Of a DNA stretch of 64,000 nucleotides, positions 39,162 through 51,405 are shown piece after piece; the first letter of the stretch is position 1; each line of letters starts with the position of its first letter. Below the pieces are notes generated by a model that did not search any database, had not been told where the DNA came from, and worked only from the letters and a program-made list of their open reading frames with translations. Position numbers and translations under genes: made by a program. Source of the DNA: Vermamoeba vermiformis (taxonomy: Eukaryota); the NCBI GenBank assembly GCA_045837725.1, contig JBEWZL010000115.1, positions 1-64,000 on the forward strand, given 5' to 3'.

Positions 39162-40018
39162 ATGAGTAATACCACACTAGAACAATCTGCCACGGTAAGT
39201 GTCACCTAGTTAGCACTAACTACTGTACTTCCGACTTGACTTACGAATTCTTGACTTTCAGATGGCAGAATCGCAAGACCAAGAAATGATAGAAAATATC
39301 CAAGGCGATATTGAATTTGACCCCACTAAGAAAAAGAGATCTCGCAAGCGAAGAGAACAAAAGCTGGCTGAGGATTTGAATGAAGATCTCCAAATTGAAG
39401 AAAAACTCGAAACTAAACAAGAACCTGCAGAATATTCCTATGAAAATGTAAGTATTTGTTATTTTATATCAACGAGTCTTACCCGTTATTTTCAGCTTGT
39501 CGATCGATTTTACTCCCGATTAGATCAGATGCGTTCAGGCCAAGAAGTCGCCAACAAAATTACTATGGAACCGCCTAAAGTTGGCCGTCAATCGATTAGA
39601 TGTGCTTGGCTCAACTTTGCCAATAACTGCAAGAGCTTGAAGCGCGATCAAAAGCACGTCATGAAGTTCGTATTGAGCGAGCTGGGTGCTAATGGAAATC
39701 TCGGTGGTGACAACAAGCTCGTGATCAATGGGCGATATCAAGCCAAACACATCGAGGCTGTGCTCACTAAATATGCACGTAAGTAGCATGGCTTAAAAAA
39801 GCTGAGTTTTACCGTTAATTGCATCGCGTCGTGGATTTGCCTTCGTTTTTGTTCTGTTGATGAATCTAATATTAACGTTCGTCTCTATTATAGTGATGTA
39901 TGTCCTATGCAAGCACTGCAAGAGTCCCAACACCGAGCTAGTCAAAGAAGAGCGATTACAAATGCTCAAATGCAACAACTGCACGTGCAAATACACCGTG
40001 CCCACTTTAAAGAAATAA
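39162..40018 (+). CDS. Translation initiation factor eIF2-beta-like (short, divergent)
   Basis: FDPTKKKR box; YSYENLVDRFY; WLNF...KRDQKHVMKFVLSELG...LVINGRY; YVLCKHCKSPNT...LKCNNC zinc ribbon. Confidence 0.88.
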
Positions 40019-40280
40019 CGCTTATTTTGATATTATGCTAATTGTAAATATAATCTCATTTTCATATTTAAGGCAATAAACATCAGTAGATTAGAAATAA
40101 CGTTAGAAGTGGATTTGCGCGCCAGAATAACCAAAAATAAATTTGAATATTTCAATACGAATATGATGCTTAAAAGGTTATTACTATTAATATCGCGTAT
40201 ATTTATTACAAAACTATCACGAATAAGAATTGAAGTAACGATAAAAAATTTCAAATCTCATCCGAAAATTGAGGCTTAGC

Positions 40281-41329
40281 TTAGTTACGCTTCTTGGTCT
40301 TGGTGCCTTCGTCAACAGGCCACGAGCCAGGAGGCAAAGGAAGCAATCTTGAGACAGCCTTCTGGTAGTTCTTGTATTGCGGGTACTTGGAGATGGAAAT
40401 CTGCTCGGTGAAGGGAGTAGAGCCCTGGAAGAGCGCAGTCAACAACAAAGCACCATAGCCGGTCCAGTTCCAGTACGAGGGTTGAGAAACAGCCAAAGAG
40501 AAGACAAAGAAGCACCACCACATCGCTTGTTCAGCGAAGAAGTTGGGATGGCGCGAGTAGCGGAAGAGACCGCTGTGAATGAATCCGTGAGCGAATTCGC
40601 CAGTCAAAGGCTTCTTGGCATCGATCAATTTCTTCTTGGCTTGTTGGAAGTTCCATTGTTGTTGATCCGCAACGGTCTCCATCAACAAAAAGAAAGCGAA
40701 TGCACCAGTAGCGGCGTAATCAATGTAGTTCAAGGGAGTTCCGCGCTTGAGCCATGCAAAGTACATTGGGAGCACGAACCAAGTGATGATAACGTTCTGA
40801 ATGACGGCGATAAACGTGACATTCAACAGTTGGAAGCCGATGAAGCCCAACTTCTCGCGGAGGATCTGCCAGCGGTAGTCTTCACCGTGCCAAGTGTATC
40901 CTCCCTTGCGGCCAAAGTTATAAGAAAGACGTGCGCCCCAAAGGGTAGCCAATACAGCCATAATAGCCAAGCGTTGATCGAGTTGGGTCGATTCGCCCGA
41001 CAAGACGGGTTGAGCAACAAAATACCAAGCATAAATTACGGGCATAATAGACCATAATTTATCGACTTGGGAATAGTTATTAAAGATAATTGAGCCAAAA
41101 TAGCAATAGAAAATGAAGATGAGAGTCAAAACCACAACTCCAACGAGAGCGTCAGCGTGAATGAACCAGTTCCATGCTGAGCTAGGAGTAACAGTGCTCC
41201 AGTTGAGGGCGAGCGCTTGTTTGTATGTCTGCAATAACAACGCTATTGCGTGCGCACCTGAAAATTCTAAATTCAAATACAAAAATTAGAATATTTAACT
41301 CTTTTTTAATTAAACACGGACATACCCAT
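40281..41329 (-). CDS. DUF1295 / steroid 5-alpha-reductase-like membrane protein
   Basis: NYSQVDKLWS, WGARLSYN, GEDYRW, ETVADQQQWNF, GLFRYSRHPNFFAEQ; 4-nt first exon ATGG at 41326-41329. Confidence 0.9.
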
Positions 41330-41570
41330 GATGAGGTGTGGTGGTTAACAGCGTCCGTAAATGCAACAAAGATTTATTGCGCAACCGTCACGAGATATTG
41401 ATTTTTTGCCCGGGCCATTTTCCATAAAAGGAAAAACTGTTGTTACGCTTCGAGCGACCGCGTGACCCTAGATCCCGTAATCCGACTCCAGGAACAGCCC
41501 TCTCGGCTGGTGTTGTGAATAGGGACGATAAACTAGCTTTATTTGAGCATCAACAAATCGCAACATGAGG

Positions 41571-44500
41571 CTAGATCTGCGGATCCTCACTCATGCTAGA
41601 GTCGTCCTCTTTATCGTCGCTATTGTACTCCTCGCGCGTTGGCTTCAGACCTTTGAATCGAGTGGAGACCTTCACTAAGGCTTCTTCAGCAATTCCCCAC
41701 TTGAAGAGCGGTTGATCGAGCTGTTCTTCCGTGATCTGGCAAACACGTGCATAACGACCTGATCCTAGTCGCAATTCGATGTCCCACGACTGCGTTAATG
41801 CTATTCCAAGCTCTTTCATCAAATCAGCAATTGTTCCGTCAATGCGCATCCACACTTGTCGAACAATGTGGTGCTCGTTGAGTTTAATGTGAATAACTCT
41901 GAAGTGCATCATGCCCTTGCTCGACGAGGCCATGATCGAGTGCGGCTTCAGACGACCTTCAGAGATGTCGGCCAAGACATTGTTGGGGTTGTGTTCATTC
42001 TTCAATGCGATGTAAATATCCAGATCAATGCCCGTCACACCGCTGTCATCTGGCAGACCCTTCACCACAAATTAATACAAGTGTGTAGGCGAGTAATATA
42101 TTGCCTGGCTAGCTTACCTGAAATATCACTCCCAAGAAGTAGCCAATGGCACTGAGTGTCGCGCACAGTGATAACTTTGACGTCGTGTGCCCACCTCCAC
42201 TAGCCAGTAAAGGCAAGCTGAATTTAAGCCGTTTGTTGCCGTGCTTATCGACTATACTGCCTTGTTCGTAGCACTTGATACCGTGCTTTAAGAACGATTT
42301 GACGGCTTTAAAAATACGACCGGGAGAGCCACCTCCCGTTGCTTCAGTGCCGCACAACAACCACAGTTGGAATCGATTACTTATAGTGCCCATGCCTAAT
42401 TAGTCAGGGTGAGTAATTGAGTAATAATATAGAATTAACACTTACGTTTGACGCCACCATACTTCGGCACGTCAATGCCAAGAGCACCGTTCAAGAGATG
42501 AAGCTCCTCTAATTTCTTGCGATCATTTCGCAGCAGGGAGGCCAATACTTGACTGCCAAATACATTTGCAAGCACGTATCTATCTTGTCGCTTGATCACG
42601 CCAACTGATGCAGCCACTAATTGACGGTAAGTACTCGAGACAACAAGAATGCGAACTCCTTACCGTGTCCGGTGATAGTCTTCGTGTCCATTACCTGATT
42701 CAATATTCGAACTTGTGCAAAGTCGCCAACAGGAATACTATCATCGTGTTAGAGTTGATGAGGCTAAGTGGCTGGCAACTTACACAATCTTTTTGAACGG
42801 CGAGAAATTGACGCCATCGTACACTTTCTTTTCTTCTTTGCTCACATTCAGTTTGTTTTGAAGGAAATATGGCATTTGAGGTGTAGGTGCTACCCAACCG
42901 AGAGCGGCGATTTCCCTGCTCGTAAGTTAGACCTATTAACACATCGAGAAGCTGACTGCTTACTTGAGTGCTTTGTTCGTAAGTTTCACTCGCTGCATGA
43001 ATGGCAAGCTAGGGTCGAAGTGAATAGTCTGAATGTTGAAGTTCATCTGCAGATGTTGCACACGTGTCGGTGATACTTCATCGGGCGTGAGCCAAAAGTG
43101 AGGTCCAATGCCACCACCGAGACCTTCAGACACTTCATCGAGAATGCCTAACAAATCACGATCTCTGAGCGATGTACCAATAAAAAGGAAGCTGTACTCG
43201 GATGAAAGTTGTCTCAACAGCTCGTTCAGTGAAATATCGCGCACCATTACAGCTCTGTAGTCAGCATGTGACAGCACGAGTTCCTTGCGACCACGTTCAG
43301 AGAAATCTCCATGGAGCTTTAGCAACATTGGAGGCCGTCTTTGCGACTTCAGCTCGGCGTAGAACAAGTGCACGTCTTCTCTGAATCTGACCGGCAAGTG
43401 CGTGCCTTCACGCAATGCGAACTTTGAAATCTTAACTTCATTAGCTGAACTCTTGCTTATCCATGGAGCTTGATAGGACTACAAACATCGTTAGTTATTG
43501 CAAATATCAATCACAGAATGGACTCCGTACCTGCTCTAACATCGCGTCCCAGTTCGTGGTCAAAAGTGCAGGCCATGGGCCGCACACTAACGGCTGTAGG
43601 TCTTGCAATGTCATGTCAAACATAGAGTATTTCGAGGGTGTATTTTGGACACTATTGCGTTTCTTTTTTCTTCCACTACCATTATTGTTGTTGCTATTGT
43701 TGTTATTGTTATTGTTGGAATTGCTCGTGGTCGAAGTACTCGTGGTTGAGGTACTCGCAGTACTGTCACCGCTTTCGGACGCATTGTCAACAGCATTGGG
43801 ATTAGCTGAGATGTGTTTCTCTCTGTTTTCAGGGATCTCTGCTGCTTTCCGTTCGAACTCTTTGAACTTCTGTTCGATGCTGCTCCACATGTCTTTGCCT
43901 TGCATTTTCAGATTTGAACAGCCGAATTGAGCCAAGACAGTCAAGTCTTCAGTCTGTCGAGCGCGTTCATAGTCATCTAACTGACCTGCTTCTTCCCACA
44001 GCAACTTCACAACCCCTTCCCACCCACCATAGCTGCACGAGACAAGTTAGTTTGGTCCCTCTCGATATAGTCTCAATAGGCTGTACGTACATATTGTAAG
44101 TGACACCTGCGCCAATCCAAGGCACAACACGACGTCTCGAAAGTCTGTGAATCAACGCTTCAATGATGCTCGGTGACGCCATTGACTGTTCCAATGCACC
44201 TTCTTTTTTAGAACGACGTCTAAATACAGGAGTGGGTGTTGGATTAGGTGATGGCGGTAGCGGCGTTGTTGAGGCTGAATCAGTGAGGCTTTCAGTGGAT
44301 GGGGCTCTGGAGATCTGATCGCTGCTGTCAAGCTCCGGAGCAATCGTGTCGCTGCTCGTTGTTAATAAAACATTCTTCTTAAAAGCTCTTTTAGCCGTCG
44401 AGTCTTTGATTGGCTTTCCTTTCTGTAGCTCGATATATTGCTTCAATGGAGCGATTTTGTTGCTTCCTGTACATGTCGCGATTTAAAATTTATTCTTATA

Positions 44501-44778
44501 TTTTAAAATTATTAATGGGTTGATTTGTAAATATAGAAGTGGTATTATTAGATAATTGGCTATTTTATAAATTAATAATTAATTTTATTCATAGTATTCA
44601 GATCTAGCTGATTACTTACGACTTCGGGGAGTGTATTGAGGCTAAATTTAAATGTTATTATGGCTAGTCACTGTTGAACTGCACGTACCTTTGATTTTGA
44701 AGGAGCAGATCCAACCGCTCCTATCACGGTTATGCCAAATAAGAACAAGAAAACATATAAACAAAAGTATATAAACAT
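41571..44778 (-). CDS. SIR2_2-type (bacterial-defence-like) sirtuin/NADase domain fused to a putative Macro domain and ubiquitin-like domain
   Basis: VVPWIGAGVT..YGGW, LLTTNWDAMLE, LLKLHGD, LVLSHADY, FLFIGTSLRDRDL; downstream KIVIPVGD...FSLPLLASGGG; C-terminal QPLFKWGIAEEALVKV. About 10 exons; phases checked at most junctions, but the last acceptor (~42070) was not resolved. Confidence 0.8.
43682..43722 (-). repeat. (AAY)n microsatellite encoding poly-Asn, next to STSTT repeats, inserted inside the SIR2 domain
   Basis: SNSNNNNNNNSNNNNG directly visible. Confidence 0.9.
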
Positions 44779-44920
44779 ATTTACAATTTACATTTGAGGT
44801 TATCTACGCAAAATAATACGAATGAATGAATCACTGAAAAACGTCAGAACAGCCAATTCCCGTTTCAGTAATTTTCTCAACTTTCAATTTGTCATTTGCA
44901 CTATGACGACCGTATACTAC

Positions 44921-46074
44921 TCAACTTTGCGTATTTTCTTTCGTGCCAATAAACTGATAGTAATCCACAACGATTGGTTTGCGCACCAAGTCATCGCCCT
45001 CATTCACAGGCCAGCGTTCACTCGCTGCATTGACGAGTGTCACATTGTCGATCACTTGAAAGCCATAGCCTTCGTGCACATGGCCTAGGTGATAAAGACA
45101 CGAGTCAGTATTGGTCGTTACAGGACTGAAAGGACACAGCTAGTGCCGGTAGTTAGGTTCGTACCAAACACGTGCAAGTGTGGCTTGATCTCTTCCAACA
45201 CGCGCTTCTTCAATGCTCTGCAGCCCCAATGCCGACCATTGGCCGCGAGGTCCATGATTGAGTGCGGCGGCATGTGGCTACCGAAGGGACCGTGATCAGT
45301 TTACATTTAATAGCTACTTAGTGCCAATATGATCTCTTACGTAATTAATATGTCCACTTCATTAGGAATCAGCGCCCACTTCTCTTTTAAATTGTCTTTG
45401 GAACAACTGAATGCCATGTTTCTACGAGGTGGTAAAATGCGTCAGCAATGAGAGTGCTTATTCACGGTGTGTTAATACATACTGACTGCCTTGCCACGGT
45501 GTACCATATATTTTCAAGCCTTCGATCTCAATAAATGTGTCTTGCAGGTAAACGCCTGAAAATTCTAATGAGATCCGGGTATCTCTTCGTGCGCTGACTT
45601 ACAGTTGTATAATAATCGATCGATTTTTTCTTTTGAATATCTGTTGAACAAGTATTCATGGTTTCTATGCACAGGTGCGTAAGCGAAATTGGATCGAATA
45701 AAAAAATAATTCATCTTCATACCCAGCAATTACAACTCTGTGTTTGAAATTCTGCTTGCCCAACCACTTATTGAAATCTTTATACACTGCTTTCTCCTTG
45801 CTGCGCTTCACAAAGTCGCCTAATAAATTTAAAAATAAAGACCTAACGTATTAATTAACCTACCTGCATGAATCAATACATCGCCCTCTGGAATTTTGAG
45901 CTAATGGATTTGGGGTGTAAATAAAATTATTAAGCATATTGGATGTGGACGTACATGTGGATGCAAGTTGTGCGTGTCGCTTATTAAAACTAACCGCCAT
46001 TTCTTATAATTTTTGCTATTTTTTTGTGCGTCAGTTAAGCCGTATGGTACCTCTAATATAGGCACGTTGTCCAT
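44921..46074 (-). CDS. Calcineurin-like metallophosphoesterase (MPPED1/2, 239FB-like)
   Basis: LISDTH, GDVLIHAGD, IAGNHE, DILITHMPP, HVFGHVHEGYG. Confidence 0.92.
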
Positions 46075-46161
46075 TGTGTTCGCGAGTGAGTCAAAAGAAA
46101 AAACACGAAATTTTCAAAATTATAACATTTTGCAACGACACCAAGCCACGCATGACAAATT

Positions 46162-49100
46162 ATGAGCACGAAAAAGGTGTCTAATAGCAATGAAGAGCAA
46201 ACAGACTTGCCCAAACAACAAAAGATATTCAACAAATTAAGTGCCTCTTTGCAATTCTTCAGGAAAAAGCTTTTCCCAACACAAAATGAGGTAAATTAGC
46301 CAATAATACATCGGATGTAATTTTAGTAATATTTATTTTTTGATTGGCTCAGTTAGAATATTTTGATTAATTTTTTTGTGATTTTAACCAATTTTCCACT
46401 AGATCTTGGACCAGCAATTACGCACTATACTCAAAGCATACAACGCAAACGACAAGCAAGAATTTTTCCGTTTAATATCTCAATTTGAAAAGCGGCGAAA
46501 CGTGCCGTTTGAATTGACGTACTACGTTCTTGACACTCGCAAATTTTTCAGTACTTTGTTGCGCGATATAACAAAACATCCTGCTGACAAAGAGATCGTG
46601 ATTAGAATAGTCGACGCATTGATTAGCAGCTTTGAAAATGTTAGCCGAGAACGTGCACTCAAATTATTGCGATTTTATCAACTGCTCAGCTGCTTTGACG
46701 GTAAGTGTCTCATATTGTTATTAATCAAGCTAAATTTAAGCAATATTATACTCGTATTATCAATACTATTGCTCGACAAGTTGTTTTTTGTTTGACATTC
46801 TGACACGTGACTTTGCAGTGAATTTCGTGCAAGTATTTACAGCAAAAGGAGGCTACGAAGTACTCAATAAGCTGATCTTGAAATGGAATGATGAAGAATT
46901 CTTGACTTCCATCGTTGTAGTGCTCGGATCCACGATCATGTGTACGTGAAATACCAGTGTAAAATTACAAATATTAATTATTTACCGTAGTTATATCAAA
47001 ACCGAAAGTCGAGCAATATCACAGCTTAAAAGAGAATATTATCGATCACGCAGCTCGGAGTTTGGAGTCCAAATCATCGGTCGAATTCATCGTTCAAACA
47101 TTAATTTTGTTGTTCTTCACACCAGGTACGAAACAATGTTGGCGGATTATAGCGTGATGTTTAATATGCTTAATATCTAATACAGACAGTATATTGAACT
47201 ACGAGCGAGCAGTTCATTTGGGCATTCAAGCCATGAACACGTATCCCAACAACCGAATTGTATTGCACGCAGCTTATTTCCTGCTCGCAATTAGAATCAA
47301 AGGTACGTTAACGCTATTATATAACGATGTAAAATATGTATTATTATTAACACTTGCATAGAATTGTTCACAAAGTTCGCACCTAAGTTGAAAGATGTGC
47401 TGCGACCGTTGTTCACGAACGACCTCATCCACGTGACGAAAAATCCACCAGTGCCGAGGACGAGTTACATATTAGATGAAAGTGCGCAATTGTTATTGTC
47501 GCCTGAATACACCAATCGGAGTCAAGTACCTGAGTTACAGACGACAGAGCTGTTCTTCTTGGAAATGGCATTTATGTATTTGCAAAAGCATGGTAATTAC
47601 TTGTACCTCGCTGAATATCTCGTCTAATAACAAACAGATTCACCGGAGGAGTTGAAGTACTTTTTGGACAACAGAATCTTTGCGCTTATTATCAATGAAG
47701 TCAAGAACAGTTATTCTTTCGCTGCATTTCCGTTCAGGGCGTTGAGAGCAGCGACCAAATTTAGTAGGTTAAGAGACTACTTGGATAAAATAGACTAATT
47801 TTATTTAGTGCCGACGGTTTACTACACGGACATTGTGAATTTAACAAAGAAAATCATGTTGTCCGAATCAGCAATACCCGCGCGACATACATGCACGGTC
47901 CTATTCTCCACGCTTCAGTTCATGGACGAAGATGTCATCAGATCCACCGCTGAAGAAACTGTTTCAACAGTATTCGACAAGATTGACAAGAATATCAAAG
48001 ACAAGCGCACAATGCTGGCTGGAGTCACTCTTTTGCGCTTGTATTTCTCAATTTCTAGCTCGCCAATAGGTAAGGAGCGTTTTTTCCTTTTAAGGCAATT
48101 TCTCATGTCGGTCGATTAGTGGAGCAAATAATCCAGGAGACAGGCACGGCTGTGTTCCTGAATATGATCAAACAAGTGATTGCAGACAACGACAGAGATC
48201 GGATAGTGGAAGTGTTAATTATGCTCAAAGAATCCGCTACGTTCAGTCCACGTAAGTGTCACCCATAGTGCGATATATAGAACACCATTCATAACGTGCT
48301 CTTAGGTTGTCGCGAGTTCTTTGTCAGCCAGAAGTTCATTATGAGTGCTATTGACGTCATTAATGCGTTCCTTGGGCACGCGGAGGTATTGAACAAACTG
48401 ATCCGGTTATTCGTCAATTCCGTGTCTCAATATGGTACGTCTTAATCATCTAACTACTACAAATACACATCTTAATTGTATTATAGAGACATTATTCAAC
48501 CAGCTCTTTGAGTCTCCAATCTTCGCGTACATGACATCAATAATGGCGCGTTATCAGAAAGAAGAAAATATCTTGGACGCTGGCTGTAAATTTTTAGCAA
48601 CTTACGGCCTATATGGTAACTAACACAGGCATTATTTTATATTGATACTAACCGGTCTATCACACAGAATTGGGTCGAAAATCAGCACACTCGTTAAACA
48701 TCATTCGACAACTGTACGATATCATCAAAGACATGGACTCGCCTGTAGTTATTGAAAGTGCGCTATTCACTCTTGTACATTTCTTAAGCGGCACTCCAGG
48801 TGAGTGCACAAGAGATTTATTTTTATCATTTTGTTCTAACCTTCACGTTGACAACAGCGAAGTCCGAACATACGTTAGAAGATAGTCAATACGAGTTACT
48901 CAGTAGGCGATTGGCCACTGCCTTGTGCGTTCATCAAGATAGGCCAGAGATGTTCAAAAATGCCTCGAAGGTGTTGTATTTCATGTGCCTTCAAGGCAAG
49001 GGCCACAACATCAAAGAAGAGCACGTGAAAGATATTCTCGAAGGACTAGACGCATATAGAACGCAGCCTATTGACGGCAGTGAGATGTCGCTGTCCCATA

Positions 49101-51281
49101 TCATTGCAATGTTGCTGACAGTGACGTCGTTGCGTAAGTTATTTGACACGTGTCACATCAATTCTAATCACACGACGCAGCCTCGATGAAAGAGAATCCA
49201 CTGAATGACAAGGCTTATGATTTCATTATGGATGTCGTCAAGAATAACTTGGACGAGGCTTTCAGGCTGCGATTCTTCATGGCGTTGTCTGACACTCAAA
49301 TCACCACCAACAGTAAGCGCGAATGAGTACTGATAATGCATTATGCAGATATTGAACTGACTTTGATTTCAGCTGAGAATGTGACGAGGTTGATGGACCG
49401 AGGTGTGCTGCCTATTCTCCTCGAATACATCGAACAGCACCTGAAACACGAGCAGTTAGGATTTGCACATAATGTCATGGCTAAGCTGTGCGCTATTCGT
49501 AAGTGCAACGTGCAGTCTAAGTGGTCGATCTAACAACTCTTATTTAGCTGAAAACATTCCCACGGTTGCTGATCACGGCATGCCGCTAATATTCCGCAGT
49601 TTCCAAGAACAGAAAAACAACGACATGCTTCATCATTATGGTCTGAAGGCACTGGCAATGATGAGTCAATCAGGTACGACAAACCCTCTATTCTGCTCGC
49701 GAGTTAATAACATTTTGACAGATGCCATTAAACGTCGCTTTGGACGTGTTAGCATCGCATTGACACTCGAGACTATGAGCACGTTCATTGACATCCCTGA
49801 GATAGTCATCAACGGCACAGTAGCGCTATTTAATCTTGCCGTCGGATCTTGTAAGTATTGTTTGTCTTGCCCTTATATGGCTAACGCGATCACTATTAAG
49901 CTCCGAGTGTACGCATTGACATGCATACTTTGCACGGCATTCATACGTTGATGAAAATATTGAGGCACAGACTGCCTATGGTCGTCAAAAACAACGTCAT
50001 TTTGTTGTTGCGAGTCCTTTGTTCATATGGTAAATAGCTCTACTTGCCTTCCTATGCACTACTAATCAGTACCTTTAGATGAGAATTGCATTGATTTCTT
50101 GGAAGAGAATGGATTGGAAGAGCTGTTGAATGTAGCCAAGCAATTCCCAGAAGAGAAATCAATGATCGGCGAGATATTAGTGACCATTGGTGTCGTTGTC
50201 GAGGCTGAATACAAGAACAGTCAGTTGTGTAAGTTGATTGAGCCAGCTTTCAAAGTAAAATCTGTCGGATCTAACAATGTTCGCAGTGGATTACCTCAAG
50301 AAGAGCGGCGAGTACATCATTCAATTCGCTAGAAACGCACTAAAAATGTCGTTGGAAATCAAAACACGTGCAGCGAACTTGCTTTCAGATTTGTCATTCC
50401 ACAGTGAGTGTTTGACATGTGTCATTTGAGCTGCTGTCTAATCTTCGAGTAGATTTCCTCGTTAGTTCCATACTTAGCAATGGTGGTCTGGGCGCGGTGC
50501 TCGATTGCTACACAATGCACGCGGACGATGTTGCTTTGGTGGCAAATGTACTGCGCTTGTTGCTCAACTGTTCGCGCACTGACGCATTTTGTAAGTACCT
50601 CCGCTTTAGCTGTCTCGAGGCTAGTATTAATAACATCGTTAGACAACACGGTGTCATTGGCCACAGTCAACACGATTATCATTCCAATGATGATGACGCA
50701 CTTGGACGATCATCTCAACGACGAAGAAACTTCGTTCAATCAAATGTACCCCGCTGGTTTCTTTGCTAATCTTATTCAATTTGGCGGCGATTACAACAAG
50801 TGGCACCTCGACATCCCACAGCTGGCCAGTCGTATTCTCGTGGTCATTGAAAAACACTCGTCACACGCACAGCTGTTATATCACTGCTTCAGATTAATAC
50901 GAGACTTGGCTAAAGGTGCGTTGTGAATCGTCATGACTATGCAAATGAGCTTATGAATAACTGTTTGAACAGAGCCGAGGGTGGTGCCCATCATCGCAGA
51001 GAAGCTGGATGTGTTGATGTCGAAGCTGAAAGATAAGAACTTCAATATAGAAGCATTGCAAGCCGCTGGCATGGAGCTCATGGCACAGGTTTGCAGCTTA
51101 GGTATGTTACGTGTCTATCAGCGCCGAATGACCTACTGATGATTGATTGATAGATGCCGGTTTGAATCAATTCGTCATTCTGAACGGCAGTGAATGGATG
51201 GAGCAAATTAAAACAGAATACAGTTCTAATCAACGAATTGGCACGGCGTACGACAAAATTACGAAGGCTTTGCACAAATAA
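46162..51281 (+). CDS. Large ARM/HEAT-repeat protein
   Basis: More than 20 exons of helical repeats (e.g. ENGLEELLNVAKQF, SNGGLGAVLDCY...VANVLRLL, DRGVLPILLEY); ends ITKALHK*. Confidence 0.75.
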
Positions 51282-51405
51282 AATCTGCTTCAGATTTTGT
51301 AATTGACAGCCTGTCACATTTCGCGGTATCGAATCAGCAATAATTCATTCTCAATTGATTCACTTTGTTAGAGCGCACGCTAATTGTTTTCTCCAATTAT
51401 AAACA

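Larger units (their letters stand above)
16540..49155. promoter_or_regulatory. Dispersed intronic palindrome TGACACGTGTCA (perfect copies at 16540, 32799, 37680, 49144)
   Basis: Read directly from the sequence. All four lie in predicted introns; variants at 50413, 52254, 46801 and 23992. Confidence 0.6.

Noticed and set aside
40377-41057. 226-aa plus-strand ORF
   Set aside because: Antisense shadow of the codon-biased DUF1295 gene; non-ATG start and no recognisable motifs.
41430-41530. GC-richer intergenic stretch with small hairpin CAGCC-CTCTC-GGCTG as an ncRNA or SECIS
   Set aside because: Only a 5-bp stem and no recognisable box motifs.
43463-43930. ORF with a poly-Leu 'TM' stretch
   Set aside because: Reverse complement of the poly-Asn repeat in the SIR2 gene.
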